This document shows positions 11,590 through 23,690 of a DNA stretch of 64,000 nucleotides, one piece after another. The notes beneath the pieces were generated by a model. It saw only the letters and a program-made list of their open reading frames with translations, did no database searches and was not told where the DNA came from. This stretch comes from Mobula hypostoma (Eukaryota), in assembly GCF_963921235.1 (NCBI RefSeq), contig NC_086109.1, forward strand, positions 2,046,001 to 2,110,000, read 5' to 3'. Each line of letters begins with the position of its first letter. Within the stretch, counting starts at the first letter, position 1. Position numbers and translations under genes: made by a program.

Positions 11590-13150
11590 GAGTTAGCAGG
11601 ACAATGCGATACATGACGATAGAGCGAAAGAAACAGAACTGCAGTAAATATATGTATAGAATGTATAATATGTATTGGAAGCTTCCTACTGGACATCTGT
11701 AGAAATTTTCAATGCTTTTCGCAGGCGAAACAAATCTCCTCAAACTCATAATGAAATGTCGTGGCTGTTCCTTATAGCTGTGTCAATATTTTATGACTAG
11801 GTTCAGTCCTCAGAGATATTGACACCCAGGAACTTGAAATTACTCACTGTCTTCACTTGTGATCACTCCCTGAGGAGTGTTTGTTCCCTCGCCTTGCCAT
11901 TGCTAAGGTCTACAATCAGTTCTTTGGTCTTACTGATGTTCAGTGCAAGTGAGTTACGGCAACACCACTCAACTAGCTGCTCCTGTACGCCCTCTCATCA
12001 CCATCTGAGACTCTGCTAACAATGGTTGTATCATCAGCAAATTGATAGATGACAGTTGAGCTGTGCCTAGCCACATGGTCATGGGTGTGCAGTAAGCACG
12101 CATCGCTGAGATGTGCCAGTGTTGATTGTCAGCGAAGTAGAGATGTTATTTCCAATCTGCACAGATTATGTCTTCTGGTTAGAAAGTTGAGGATCCAGCT
12201 ACAGATGGAGGTACAGAGACCCAGGGTGTGGAGCTTCCCAGATTTTGCAACTCAACCTGTTGACTACAATTTTGTCCAGTCATCAGCCTCTCCTTGCTAG
12301 TAGTCTCACTACTCGCTGCCTCCATTTGTAAACCCACCTCCCCATCCTCAGTGCTATCACTGGCTCCCATCCCCCTGCCAAATTAGCTTAATTCCCAGAC
12401 AACAGACCTGAAAAGATATTGGTCCCCTTCAGCTTCAGGTGTAACCCATACCTTTTGTACATGTCATACCTTCTCCGTAGGAGAGATCCCAAATAAAACA
12501 CGAGTCGCCTCTTTACCATTCTGTGGTGTGTGGAAGTAGATTTGGTACGGTCTGCTCCTACAGACTCTACCATTCCTTATCCTTGTCTGCAAACCATTCC
12601 TGCCTGATGATCTGCTGTGCCATCTGGTGGGAGATGAGACTCTCAGTGAAGGTCTCTCTGTGGAGAGACCTCGGGTGGAGAGTGGTGCACACTGTGGTCA
12701 GAATCAAATTCAGGTTTATTCATTCATTCATTATGTTCTGTTTCGTCTAACGTGGACGATCATGGTCTTGACCATGATTGCTCTAGACAAATTTTCTACT
12801 AAAGTTGTTTGCCATTGCCACCTTTTGGCAGTGTCTTTACAAGATTGGTCACCCAACTATTATTAATCCTCTTTAGAGATTGTCTGCCTTGTGTCAGTGG
12901 TTCCATAAGCAGGATTTGTGATGTGCACCAGCTGCTCAATTGAACATCCGCCACCAATCCGGTTTATTATCACTGACCAATGCTGTGAAATCTGTTGTCC
13001 AGTGCAAGGCTGCCACGAAACAACAATTACACTAAATGACAAACAATAAACCATGACAAAGAGGAATAGCAAGGTATTGTTACTGGGTCCATGGTTCAGA
13101 AATCTGATGGCGGACGGGAAGAAACTGTTCCTCAATCAGAGTGTGGCTGT
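11590..13150 (-). mobile_element. Rex1/L2-like LINE fragments
   Basis: (cagaat)n ggtttattatcac tails in reverse orientation and degraded RT-like text. Similar pieces at 8030-8460, 31750-32450, 35000-35400, 37020-37330 and 44340-44730. Clade assignment uncertain. Confidence 0.5.
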
Positions 13151-13834
13151 TCAGGTATCGAAAGGAAAGCAGACAGGCAGAGGGGTGGTGCAGCTCTGTT
13201 GGTAAAAAATGAAATCAAATCATTAGAAAGAGATGACGTAGGATCAGAATGTGTAAAATCGTTTTGGGTTGAATTAAGGAACTACAAGGGTAAAAAGATC
13301 GTGATGGGAGTTATCGACAGAATCCCAAACAGAAGTAAAGATGTTGTTGACAAAGTACAACAGCAGCCAGAAAATGCATGTCAAAAGGGCAGCATTACAA
13401 TTGTCATGGAGGGTTTCAATGTGCAGGTAGATTGGGAAAATCAAGTTGCTGCTGGATCCCAAGAGGGGGAGTTTCTGGAATACGTATGAGATCTGGTTTT
13501 AGGGCAGCTCACGGTTGAGCCCACGAGGGGATCAGCTATCCTGGATTGGATGCTGTGCAATGAACCAGTACTGAAAAGAGGGCTTAAGGTAAAGGAACAC
13601 TTTGGGACAAGTGACCATATATGATAGAATTCACCATGTAATTTGAGCAGGAAGAGCTAAAGTTTGCTGTATTGTCATCACAGTGGAGTAAAGGGAATTA
13701 CGGGGGCATAGGAAAAGAGCTGACCAAAATTGAATGCTACCAGGGATTATTGTAGAGCAGCAATGACTGGAATTTCTGGAGCAATTCATAAGGTGCAGGA
13801 TATATACATCCCAATGAAGAAGAAAAGATTATAA

Positions 13835-15972
13835 TGTCACAATGGTGGGGGATTGGGAGCAAGGGTGGACCCAAATGCAAGACACATCTTGTGAGGTTAC
13901 TTAGATTTAGTTTATTGTTCGATACCAGGAGAGCAAAGTAGAAGCAGGAGTAGCAATCTGGACAAGGACTCAGGATTACGACTAGGCTGGGACTAGGGGT
14001 CTGGGCTTGGACTCGGAATTGGATCCCAGAACTAGAGGAAACATGAAGAGGCTAGGGTATGGACTCCGAGCCCGAGACTGGGCAAGGACCCAGTAACTGG
14101 GTCTTGCCTCGGGCTCACACCCCAGAACCAGGCAAGGACATGACATGGGCTAGGCAGAGGATGAACATGGAAAACAGAGCCTCGGTCTTGGGGGAGTACG
14201 TACATGGAACCATGGACACATACACAGAACAGAGAGCCGGGACCCCTCCTTGGGTACAGGACATAGCGCCAGGACTAATGACCCTCCGCGGGGCAATGGC
14301 AAGACGGCCTGACTTACCCCACGGATGCGAGGACAAGATAAGACAAGAAATGACCCCCGCGGGGCAACGGCAAGACGGCCTGATTTACCCCACGGAGGCG
14401 AGGACAAGACAAGACCAACACGAATGAACACCAGGCAGTACCTATATAGCTCCGGCGATGGAACTAGACTGAAGTGCAGGCGGGGGCTGCATACGAGGGC
14501 TAGAGGCGAGAGGGGCACAGAAGGGATTCAGACAAGGGGTAGGACAGGAATCACAGACCGCCAGGGACAGGACTTGACTTGGTGCTTGAATGCCGCCGGA
14601 GCCAGGACTTGACTTGGTGCTTGAATGCCGCGAGGACCAGGACTTGACTTGGAACTTGAATGCTGCCAGAGCCAGGACTTGACTTGGAGCTTCCGGGTAG
14701 TGGCGAACTCTCGACTCCACCCGGGAACAGTAGACAACGGTTCTTGATTCCCTCTGGCGGGTCAACTGACAGACCCACCTCGGTGAGGAAACTTTGCAGG
14801 CTTGCTTTGGCGAGGTAACTGGACAGGGTTGCTCCAGTGAGGAGAGGCAAATTACCAGCACTCGCTTTTGCAGAGACTAGGCTTGCTCCAGCCAGATGAC
14901 ATCGGCAGATCGTACCCCGGATGACATTGCAGACGCACCCGCACCAAACGGCTGAAATCCAGAGACTATAAACTACCAGTTCAGCCGAGTGTTAATTGCC
15001 TCTGTGACGAGAATACACATAAAATTAAGATGTTTGCTGGCTTAGGTTAGCATCAGTGACATCAGCAAGTGGTCTGCCACCTGCCCTCAGGGGAAGGAGA
15101 GATAAGGAACAATGGAGCAGCGTCTGGAGATGTGTAATGAGGGGACGTGGGAGAGAGAGAGCTGTCTGGAGCGGCTCCCCCTTTGAACCCTGAACTGTTT
15201 GAAGTGATGGACAGGCGATACCCCAGCAGGGGGATAAAAAGGGACAGGTTCGCTAAGGCAAGAGACACACGCCACCCGAGGTAACGAGACCCTGGAAGTG
15301 GTACGCTTCTCACGAGTCGGTGGGAAGTACCAGACAACGGCCAGGGTGGAAAGGTACGATCAGCGGAAACCCGGTGTGTGTCCGCCCTTGCCTGGGTGCC
15401 GGGTTCACTGCAGAGGATCGACCGCATCTGGAGGAGGGGTCACAGTCGGTGACCTCAGGTGACATTACCAAGGACCTGCCCAAAAGCTGCTTGTGAGCCA
15501 TATTGTCGGTCTGTGAGTGAAGCCGTGTCTGAATGATCAGTTGTTCCTGTTCCCTCTCTCTCTTCCCCCACGTTGTCCATCGCCAAGGCAACGATTACTG
15601 CGAACTGAACTACTAAACTGGACTGAACTTTGAGTCACTTTGAAATTTGGTCATTTACCCCTAGACAACGATAGAGCTTGATTGATGCTGTTATCTTAGA
15701 TTCTGTGCACATGTGTGTTTATCATCGCTGAACTGTTGCATTTATTATCCTTTCGATTACTGTGTTGCTTGTTTCTTTAATAAAACTTTCTTAGTTCTAG
15801 TACTCCAGACTCCAACTAAGTGATCCATTTCTGCTGGTTTGGCAACCCAGTTACGGGGTACGTAACACCTCTAATCACCAAAGTCGAGGGACACGGGAAA
15901 ACAGGGAACCAATGGTCTGGATCGTAACATAAACAAACTAAATTTAAAGGGACCCTGATCCGGACCATGACA
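13835..15972. mobile_element. Solo LTR, family B (~1.27 kb without the nested insert), with internal 35-bp and ~70-bp repeats
   Basis: TGTCA...TGACA termini; 5-bp TSD TATAA (13830-13834 / 15973-15977); ggacttgacttgg repeats at ~14570-14690. Confidence 0.8.
15003..15867 (+). mobile_element. Solo LTR of the same family as the 17422-22333 element, opposite orientation
   Basis: Reverse complement of LTR 17422-18278; TGTGACG...CGTAACA termini; 4-bp TSD CCTC (14999-15002 / 15868-15871). Confidence 0.95.
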
Positions 15973-18278
15973 TATAAAGAGTTAGAGGATTGGGAAGATT
16001 TTTAAAACTAACAGAAGGCAAACAAAAAGTCATAAAGAAGGAAAAGAGGGAATACGAATGTAAACCAGCCAACAATATTAAAGAAGACCAAAAGTTTCTT
16101 CAGATATTCAAAGGGCAAAATTGAGGTGCGAGTAGAAATTGGACCACTGCAAAATAATGAGGGAGAGGTAGTAATGTGTTGACAAGGAAATGGCAGATGA
16201 ATTGAATAACTATTTTGCATCAGCCTTTACTGTGGAATACACTAGCAGAATGCTGGCAGTTCAAGAATGTTGGGAAGCTGTACTGTATGAAGTTGCCATT
16301 CCTAAGGACAAGGTTCTTGGGAAACTGAAAGGTTTGAAGATTGGTAAGTCACCTGGATTGTGAAGATGTTGGTAACAATCTTTCAAGAATCAAGAGATTC
16401 TGGCATTGTTCAGGGGGACTGGAAAATTGCAAATGTCACTCCACTCTTCAAGAAGGGAGGGAGGTAGTAGAAAGGAAATTATGGGCTAGTTAGTCTGACC
16501 TCAGTGGCTGGGAAGATGTTTGAGTTGATTGTTAAGGATGTCATTTTGGGGTGTTTGGAGGGACATGATAAAATAGGCAGCAGTCAGCATGGTTTCCTCA
16601 AGGGGAAATCTTTTCTAACAATTGTTAAAGAGTTCTTTGAAGAAATAACAAGCAAAATAGATAAAAGTAAAGAAGAATCGGGCGCTGTTGTGTACTTGGA
16701 ATTTCAGACGGTGTCACACGTGAGGCTGCTTAACAAGCCCATAGTATTACAGGGAAATGGTTGTCTGGCAGGAGGCAAAGACTGGGAATAAAAGGAGCCT
16801 TTTCTGGTTGGTTGCCAGTGACTGGTGATGTTCTACAGGGGTCTATGTTGAGACTAATTCTTTTCCGTTATATGTCAATGATTTGGATGATGGAATTGAA
16901 GGCTTTGTTGCAAAGTTTGCAGACGATATGAAGATAGGTTGAAGGGCGGGTAGTTTAGGGGAAGCAGAGAAGCTACAGAGCGACAGACAGATTATGAGAA
17001 TGGGTAAAGGAGTGGCAAATGGAATACAGTGTTGGAAAATGTATGGTTATGCACTTTGGTACAAAAAATAAAAGTGCAGATTATTTTCTGAATGGAGAGT
17101 AAATTTGAAAATTCTGAGGTGCAAAGGGACTTGAGAGTGCATTCGCAGGTTAATTTGCAGGTTGAATCAGTGGGTGAGGAAGGCAAGTGTAATGTTAGCA
17201 CTCATTGCCGAGGACTCAAATATAAAAACAAGGCTATAATGTTGAGGCTTTATAAAACACTGCTGAGGCCTCATTTGGAGTATTGTGAGCAGTTTTGAAG
17301 CGCTTGTCGTAACTGAAGTGTTTGATGGCTCTGGGCCTCCACTCACTGGAATTCAGCTGAAATGCTCTGTCCTCTGGTTTTAGACTCCCCAACCACAGGA
17401 TGTGGAGAGGATGCTTCCTAGTGTTACGTACCCCGTAACTGGGTTGCCAAACCAGCAGAAATGGATCACTCAGTTGGAGTCTGGAGTACTAGAACTAAGA
17501 AAGTTTTATTAAAGAAACAAGCAACACAGTAATCGAAAGGATAATAAATGCAACAGTTCAGCGATGATAAACACACATGTGCACAGAATTAAGATAACAG
17601 CATCAATCAAGCTCTATCGTTGTCTAGGGGTAAATGACCAAATTTCAAAATGACTCAAAGTTCAGTCCAGTTCAGTTCGCAGTAATCGTTGCCATGGCGA
17701 TGGACAACGTGGGGGAAGAGAGAGATAGAACAGGAACAACTGATCATTCAGAACGCTGCTTCACTCACAGACCGGCGAGATGACTCACAAGCAACTTTTG
17801 GGCGGGTCCTTGGTGATGTCACCTGAGGTCACCGACTGTGACCCCTCCTCCAGATGTGGTCGATCCTCTGCAGTGAACCCGGCACCCAGGCAAGGGCGGA
17901 CACACACCGGGTTCCCGCTGATCGTACCTTTCCACCCTGGTCGTTGTCTGATACTTCTCACCCACTCGAGAGAGGCGCACCGCTTCCAGGGTCTCGTTAC
18001 CTCGGGTGGCGTGTGTGTCTGTCTTAGCAAACCTGTCCCTTTTTATCCCCCTGCTGGGGTATCGCCTGTCCATCACTTCAAACAGTTCAGGGTTCAAAGG
18101 GGGGAGCCGCTCCAGACAGCTCTCTCTCTCCCACGTCCCTTCATTACACATCTCCAGACACTGCTCCATTGTTCCTTATCTCTCCTTCCCCTGAGGGCAG
18201 GTGGCAGACCAACTGCTGATGCCACTGATGCTAGCCCAGGCCAGCAAACACCTTAATTTTATGTGCATTCTCGTAACA

Positions 18279-18291
18279 CTTCCCCCCTTTT
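18279..18291 (-). other. Polypurine tract of the LTR element
   Basis: AAAAGGGGGGAAG on the minus strand, abutting the 3' LTR. Confidence 0.85.
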
Positions 18292-18452
18292 AAGGATTTT
18301 TACCGGGAGGTAAAAATTACAAACATGACTACATTATTGGATACACACACAAATATGCATCTTTATCAGTTATTTGGCTAATACAGAGAATTTGAAGCTG
18401 TCAACACCTTGACAGACAGTCATCACATTTTCTGTTCCTTTTACACGTGTTA

Positions 18453-21379
18453 TTAATAATCCCTTAGACCAGGCTCCAACTCAGCAAACTTCATAGTGGC
18501 CAAAAACACTGATGAATTGCGACCAATGTAACCTCTCATTTGGTTTTGTCCCGGACCACAACAACAAGGGTCGTCCCATTCCGACTCAATTTTCTCTCGC
18601 AAGGGCTTAGTAGGAGGGGGAGGGGTGGTAACCGCAGAGTTATTGCAAAACTTCCTGCAGTACCCCACCATCTCCAAGAGCCTTCTGAGGGCCCTCTTGT
18701 CTGTCGGGGTTGGGAGGTCAGCGATAGCCTGCACTGTAGCTTGCATCACTGCCAGCTGCCCCTGTGTCACCACAATTCCCAGGTAAGTGACCCTCGTGTG
18801 GCCGAATTCATTTTTTTCAAGGTTCACTATCAAACTGGCTTCAGACAGCCGTATTAAATTGCCAATACACACCTCTGTGTTCATCAGCCCTTTAGTCACT
18901 GAATTACTCAAAAAATATGGGTGTTGTTTACTTGGCTGCCCTATTGTAACCACAATCACCCAACGTCCCAGTTCTTTGCATTTCCTCGGGACAATCAAAC
19001 ACATGGGTGCGAGTCGTTTAATTACTCCTTCTAAAGATTCGCTTTGTTCGGGGATTAAGGGAGAGACCTTATCAGTAGACCTGGCCAAAACAATAGCCTT
19101 CTCCCATCTGACCGATCCCATCCTAATCTTTTCAAAATGGTTTTTTCCTCTTAGCAGGGGGCCCCTAGCTTCATTGATTTCCACGCTAACACCGACTAGG
19201 TTTGTTAGCATATCAAAAGCCGGTGTCCATCTCAGTTCGCGTCGGTCATGATCAATAACATTTTTCCCCCTGGGCAGCCGGTAAATCTCTTTCATGATTC
19301 CACCAACTGTTTCCTCCAGCACCGCAAAATGTCCACTGGGGGGTACCTCGTGGGCCATGTTAAAAACCTCACCCCCATAACTCTTTTGCACCACCCCCCA
19401 CTCCTCATCTGCGGATACTGTACTTGAATTCCCTTTCTTCCTTAGCACTTCCTCATCCGCACAATAGCCTACTAGTTCCCTTGTTAAAGCTGTGTCAGAG
19501 AGAGCTGTCTCTGCCAAAACCATCAGCCCCTCGTCTCGCTCCTGCGTCTGCACAAATTCTTTCCTGGCTACTGCTACGTCTGTCCCAGCTCCCTCACTAC
19601 CTCTTATCTCACTACACCCCGTCTCATACAAGGTTGGCAGAAATGTTTCAGCTAAATTCATGTCGGCCTCTGCAGCTTTCGCCATCCGCCGAGTTACTGC
19701 GCGAACGGGATAAACCTGCGAGTCCACGGGCGTGGCCTCCATGCTGGCAGGCTGACTTGTCAGCCTCACGGCGGGGAACACAATTCCTCCGGCGATGTCA
19801 TTACCGAGCAAGACTTCCACGTCTTTCATCGGTAATTCGGACCTCACCCCGATCGTGACTAGTCCAGAGACCAGGTTGCTCTGTAAGTGTATCTGGTGCA
19901 AAGGGACTGACTCTGTCCCTTCCCCAACACCTTTGACCTCTACCTCCCCAGTCTGGGTCTCTGAGCTAAACTCTAATACACTCTTCAGTATTAGTGACTG
20001 ACACGCTCCCGTGTCTCTCCAGATCCGCACTGGAACTGGTTTTAACCTCTCCTTCACTGACACCAGTCCGGCCGAGATAAACCTCTCGCGCCCTTCCTGG
20101 ACTTTTTCAGACCTGTCCTTCCCTAGCGTTTCGCTTAACAGCTCGATACAGCCATTCAAAATTTCCGCTTTTCCTTTCCCCGTCTCCTTCCTTGGGGCAA
20201 AGCACCTGGACGCAAAGTGTCCGGCTTTCCCACAATTATAACAGACGACCCCAGGAGACTTCCTACCAGACTGCTCCCGGTCTACCTTATCCTTTTCACT
20301 AGTCCCCGGCTTACTTTCTGACTTTTCCGGCGGACTCTCCCCGCCGTCCTGACTACCCTTCTGGTAGCCTTTACTCGGGGCAAACTTCACTTTATGCGTC
20401 AACGCGTACTCATCCGCTAACTTAGCAGTTGCGGCTAACGTGGCTGCCTCTTTCTCATCGAGGTAGGGTCTCATACTCTCAGGGACACAACCTTTAAACT
20501 GCTCAATCAGAATCAGCTGCAGCAGTCTGTCATAATCCCCCTCTACCCCTTTCGAGGCGCACCAACGCTCACAATATGTTTGCATCTCACGGGCAAACTC
20601 CAAATACGTGCGGTCCCACTGCTTCCTCGCATTCCGGAACCTCTGCCGGTATGCCTCCGGGACCAACTCATAAATCCTGAGGATGGCCTCTTTCACCACC
20701 TCATACCTCTGGGCATCTTCCGCGGACAAAGCTGAGTAAGCTTCTTGGGCCTTCCCTTTCAGTACACTCTGAAGTAAAACAACCCACTTATCCCTCGGCC
20801 AGTCCTGACTTATAGCCACTTTTTCGAAGTGGAGAAAGTACCGATCCACGTCGGTATCGTCAAATGGGGGAACCAGCCTAACCTCCTGGGTCACCCGGAA
20901 CCCTCCACCTTGGTTCGGCACGAGCCCCTGCTCGGCCCTTATCTTTAACTTCTCCAGCTCAAATTCCCTTTCCCTCTGTTTTGCTCTCTCTTCTCGCTCC
21001 CATTGCCTCTCTTTCTCCTCTCTCTCTGTCTTTCTCTCTCTTGCCTTTCTACCTCTTTCTCTCTCTCCCGCCTTTCTAACTGCTTCTCTTTGTGTTCTAA
21101 CTGCCGTACCCGGAACTCGTGCTCGAGTCTCAGTTTTTCAAGCTGTACCTGTACCGCGTCTTCAGCAGGTTTTTCAATAGACACCACCCCCAGCTCACCT
21201 TGGGGAAACACACCTTTAGATACATAGTGCTCTACAATAGCTCTGTGTATCTCCTCTCTCCTCATTGTCGACTTCACCTTAGCAAGATTCAACCATTTTG
21301 CCACAGCTATCAATTCCGATTTCCTGGCATCCTCTAATGCCTCCAAGGTCAGCGCCTTTATAAATTCCTCAGCCTCCAT
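18453..21379 (-). CDS. Gag (coiled coil, SCAN-like capsid, CCHC knuckle), protease, then in-frame integrase/RT relics; one frameshift near 21020
   Basis: ORFs 20945-21379 and 18453-20921 join if a 2-nt slip in a (GA)n run is corrected. LVPPFDDTDVDRYFLHFEK, CYNCGKAGHFASRC, RDTGACQS, AHEVPPSGH, PTPTDKRALRRLLEMVGYCRKF. Confidence 0.88.
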
Positions 21380-21455
21380 TTCTGCTGTTTGTCTTTTCTT
21401 TCTTTCGGGAATTTTAACCCAATCAATTTACTCCGTCCCAAATTTAGCGTTCAAA

Positions 21456-21474
21456 ATCGCGGACGAGAACCCCA
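21456..21474 (-). other. Primer-binding site, degenerate tRNA-Pro type
   Basis: TGGGGTTCTCGTCCGCGAT, 4 nt inside the 5' LTR, versus canonical tRNA-Pro PBS TGGGGGCTCGTCCGGGAT. Confidence 0.75.
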
Positions 21475-22359
21475 CTTATGTTACGTAACCCGTAACTGGG
21501 TTGCCAAACCAGCAGAAATGGATCACTCAGTTGGAGTCTGGAGTACTAGAACTAAGAAAGTTTTATTAAAGAAACAAGCAACACAGTAATCGAAAGGATA
21601 ATAAATGCAACAGTTCAGCGATGATAAACACACATGTGCACAGAATTAAGATAACAGCATCAATCAAGCTCTATCATTGTCTAGGGGTAAATGACCAAAT
21701 TTCAAAATGACTCAAAGTTCAGTCCAGTTCAGTTCGCAGTAATCGTTGCCATGGCGATGGACAACGTGGGGGAAGAGAGAGATAGAACAGGAACAACTGA
21801 TCATTCAGAACGCTGCTTCACTCACAGACCGGCGAGATGACTCACAAGCAACTTTTGGGCGGGTCCTTGGTGATGTCACCTGAGGTCACCGACTGTGACC
21901 CCTCCTCCAGATGTGGTCGATCCTCTGCAGTGAACCCGGCACCCAGGCAAGGGCGGACACACACCGGGTTCCCGCTGATCGTACCTTTCCACCCTGGTCG
22001 TTGTCTGATACTTCTCACCCACTCGTGAGAGGCGCACCGCTTCCAGGGTCTCGTTACCTCGGGTGGTGTGTGTGTCTGTCTTAGCGAACCTGTCCCTTTT
22101 TATCTCCCTGCTGGGTTATCGCCTGTCCATCACTTCAAACAGTTCAGGGTTCAAAGGGGGGAGCCGCTCCAGACAGCTCTCTCTCCCACATCCCTTCATT
22201 ACACATCTCCAGACGCTGCTCCATTGTTCCTTATCTCTCCTTCCCCTGAGGGCAGGTGGCAGACCAACTGCTGATGCCACTGATGCTAGCCCAGGCCAGC
22301 AAACATCTTAATTTTATGTGTATTCTCGTAACACTAGGGTGAGGGAGTCACGTAATTTA

Positions 22360-23690
22360 AGAAAGGCTCTAAAAATCAACCAGGAAATTATAGGCTGATG
22401 AGTCTGACATCAGTGGGAAAGTGACTGGAAGGTATTCTAAGGGACTGGATATATGAGTATTTGGAAAGACATGAACAATTTAAGGATAGACTGCTTTGTC
22501 TCTTGCATGGCAGGTCATGTCGAAAAAAATCTTATAGGGTTTTTTGAGGAAGTTGCCAGGAACGTGGATGAAGGCAAGGCAGTGGATGTTCTCCACATGG
22601 ACTTCAGCAAAGCATTTGACAAGGTCCCACATGGCAGCATGGTCAAGAAGGTTCGGTTTTTAAGCATCAATTTGAGGTAGTAAATTGGATTAGACATCGG
22701 CTTTGCCAAAGAAGCCAGATAGTGGTAGCAGATAGTTGGGTCTCTGACTGGAGACCAGTGACGAGTGGAGTACCACAGAGAACAGTGCTGGGTCCATGGA
22801 TAACAATGTGCTTAACTGGATCAGCAGATTTACAGATGACACCAAGATTGGGGGTGTTGCGGACAGCGAGAAAGACTATCATGGCTTTCAGTGAGATCTG
22901 GACCAGCTGGAAAAATAGGATGAAAAACGGCTGATGGAAATTAATGCAGACAAGATCGAGGTGTTGCATTTTAGTAGGAGCAACCAGGGTAGCTCTTACA
23001 CTGTGAACAGTTGGGCGCTGAGGAGTGTGGTAGAACCAAGGGATCTGGGGATACAGGCCCATAATTCATTGAAAGTGGCCTCACACATTGATAGGATCAT
23101 GAAGAAAGCTTTTGGCACATTGGCCTTCATAAATCAAAGTATTAAGTACAGGAGATGAGATGTTATGTTGAAGTTGTATAGGACGTTGCTGAGGCCTAAT
23201 TTGGAGTATAGTGCGCAGTTCTGGTCACTAACCTACAGGAAAGATGAAAGAGGCTGAGAGAGTACAGAGAAAATTTACAAGGTTGTTGCCAGTTCTGGAG
23301 GATCTGAGTTACATGGAAAGATCAAATAAAATTAGGAATTTATTCCTTGGAATGCAGATGATGCCAAGGAAATTTGATCAAGGTAAACAGAGTTATAAGG
23401 GATAGAGTAAATGAAAGCAGGTGTTTTCCACTGAGTTTGGGTGGGACCACAACTAGAGGTCATAGGTTAAGGGGGAAAGGTGGAAAGTTTATGGTGAACA
23501 TGAGGGGAAACTTCTTCATTCAGAGGGTTGTGAGAGTCTTGAATGAGCTGGTGTGTGCAAGTTCGATTTCAATATTTAAATGAAGTTTGGAAGGGAGTGG
23601 TAAGGAGGTCTCTGATCCCAGAACAGATTGATGGGAGCAGGCAGTTTAAATCGTGCAATCGAGTAGATGGGCCAAAGGGCCGATTTCTGT
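22360..23690 (+). mobile_element. Degraded CR1 RT and 3' region
   Basis: AVDVLHMDFSKAFDKVPH, WRPVTSGVPQ and HIDRIMKKAFGTLAFI fragments with frameshifts. Confidence 0.8.

Larger units (their letters stand above)
5800..11590. repeat. Tandem segmental duplication, ~3.5 kb period (5800-8060 vs 9340-11590), each unit with one V exon
   Basis: Colinear high identity at offset ~3505-3520 across exon and intron; 11 substitutions in the 321-nt exon. Confidence 0.95.
13150..17421 (+). mobile_element. Old CR1 LINE (endonuclease to 3' end), host of nested LTR insertions
   Basis: APE fragment in ORF 13091-13489; RT fragments 16504-16791 and 17092-17298; 3' region resumes at 22338 after the LTR element. 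Confidence 0.8.
17422..22333 (-). mobile_element. Full-structure Ty3/Gypsy LTR retrotransposon, Gmr1-like, non-autonomous (pol deleted)
   Basis: LTRs 17422-18278 and 21479-22333 (TGTTACG...CGTAACA; ~11 substitutions and one 2-bp indel); TSD CTAG; PBS and PPT present; integrase N-terminus lies before the RT relic (Gmr1 order). Confidence 0.95.

Noticed and set aside
18453-20921. Domesticated host SCAN-domain gene
   Set aside because: Bounded by near-identical LTRs with TSD, PBS and PPT, so it is a recent transposon copy.
22243-22262. CTCF motif in the LTR (gagggcaggtggcag)
   Set aside because: Matches only the GGTGGC half; the core is poor.
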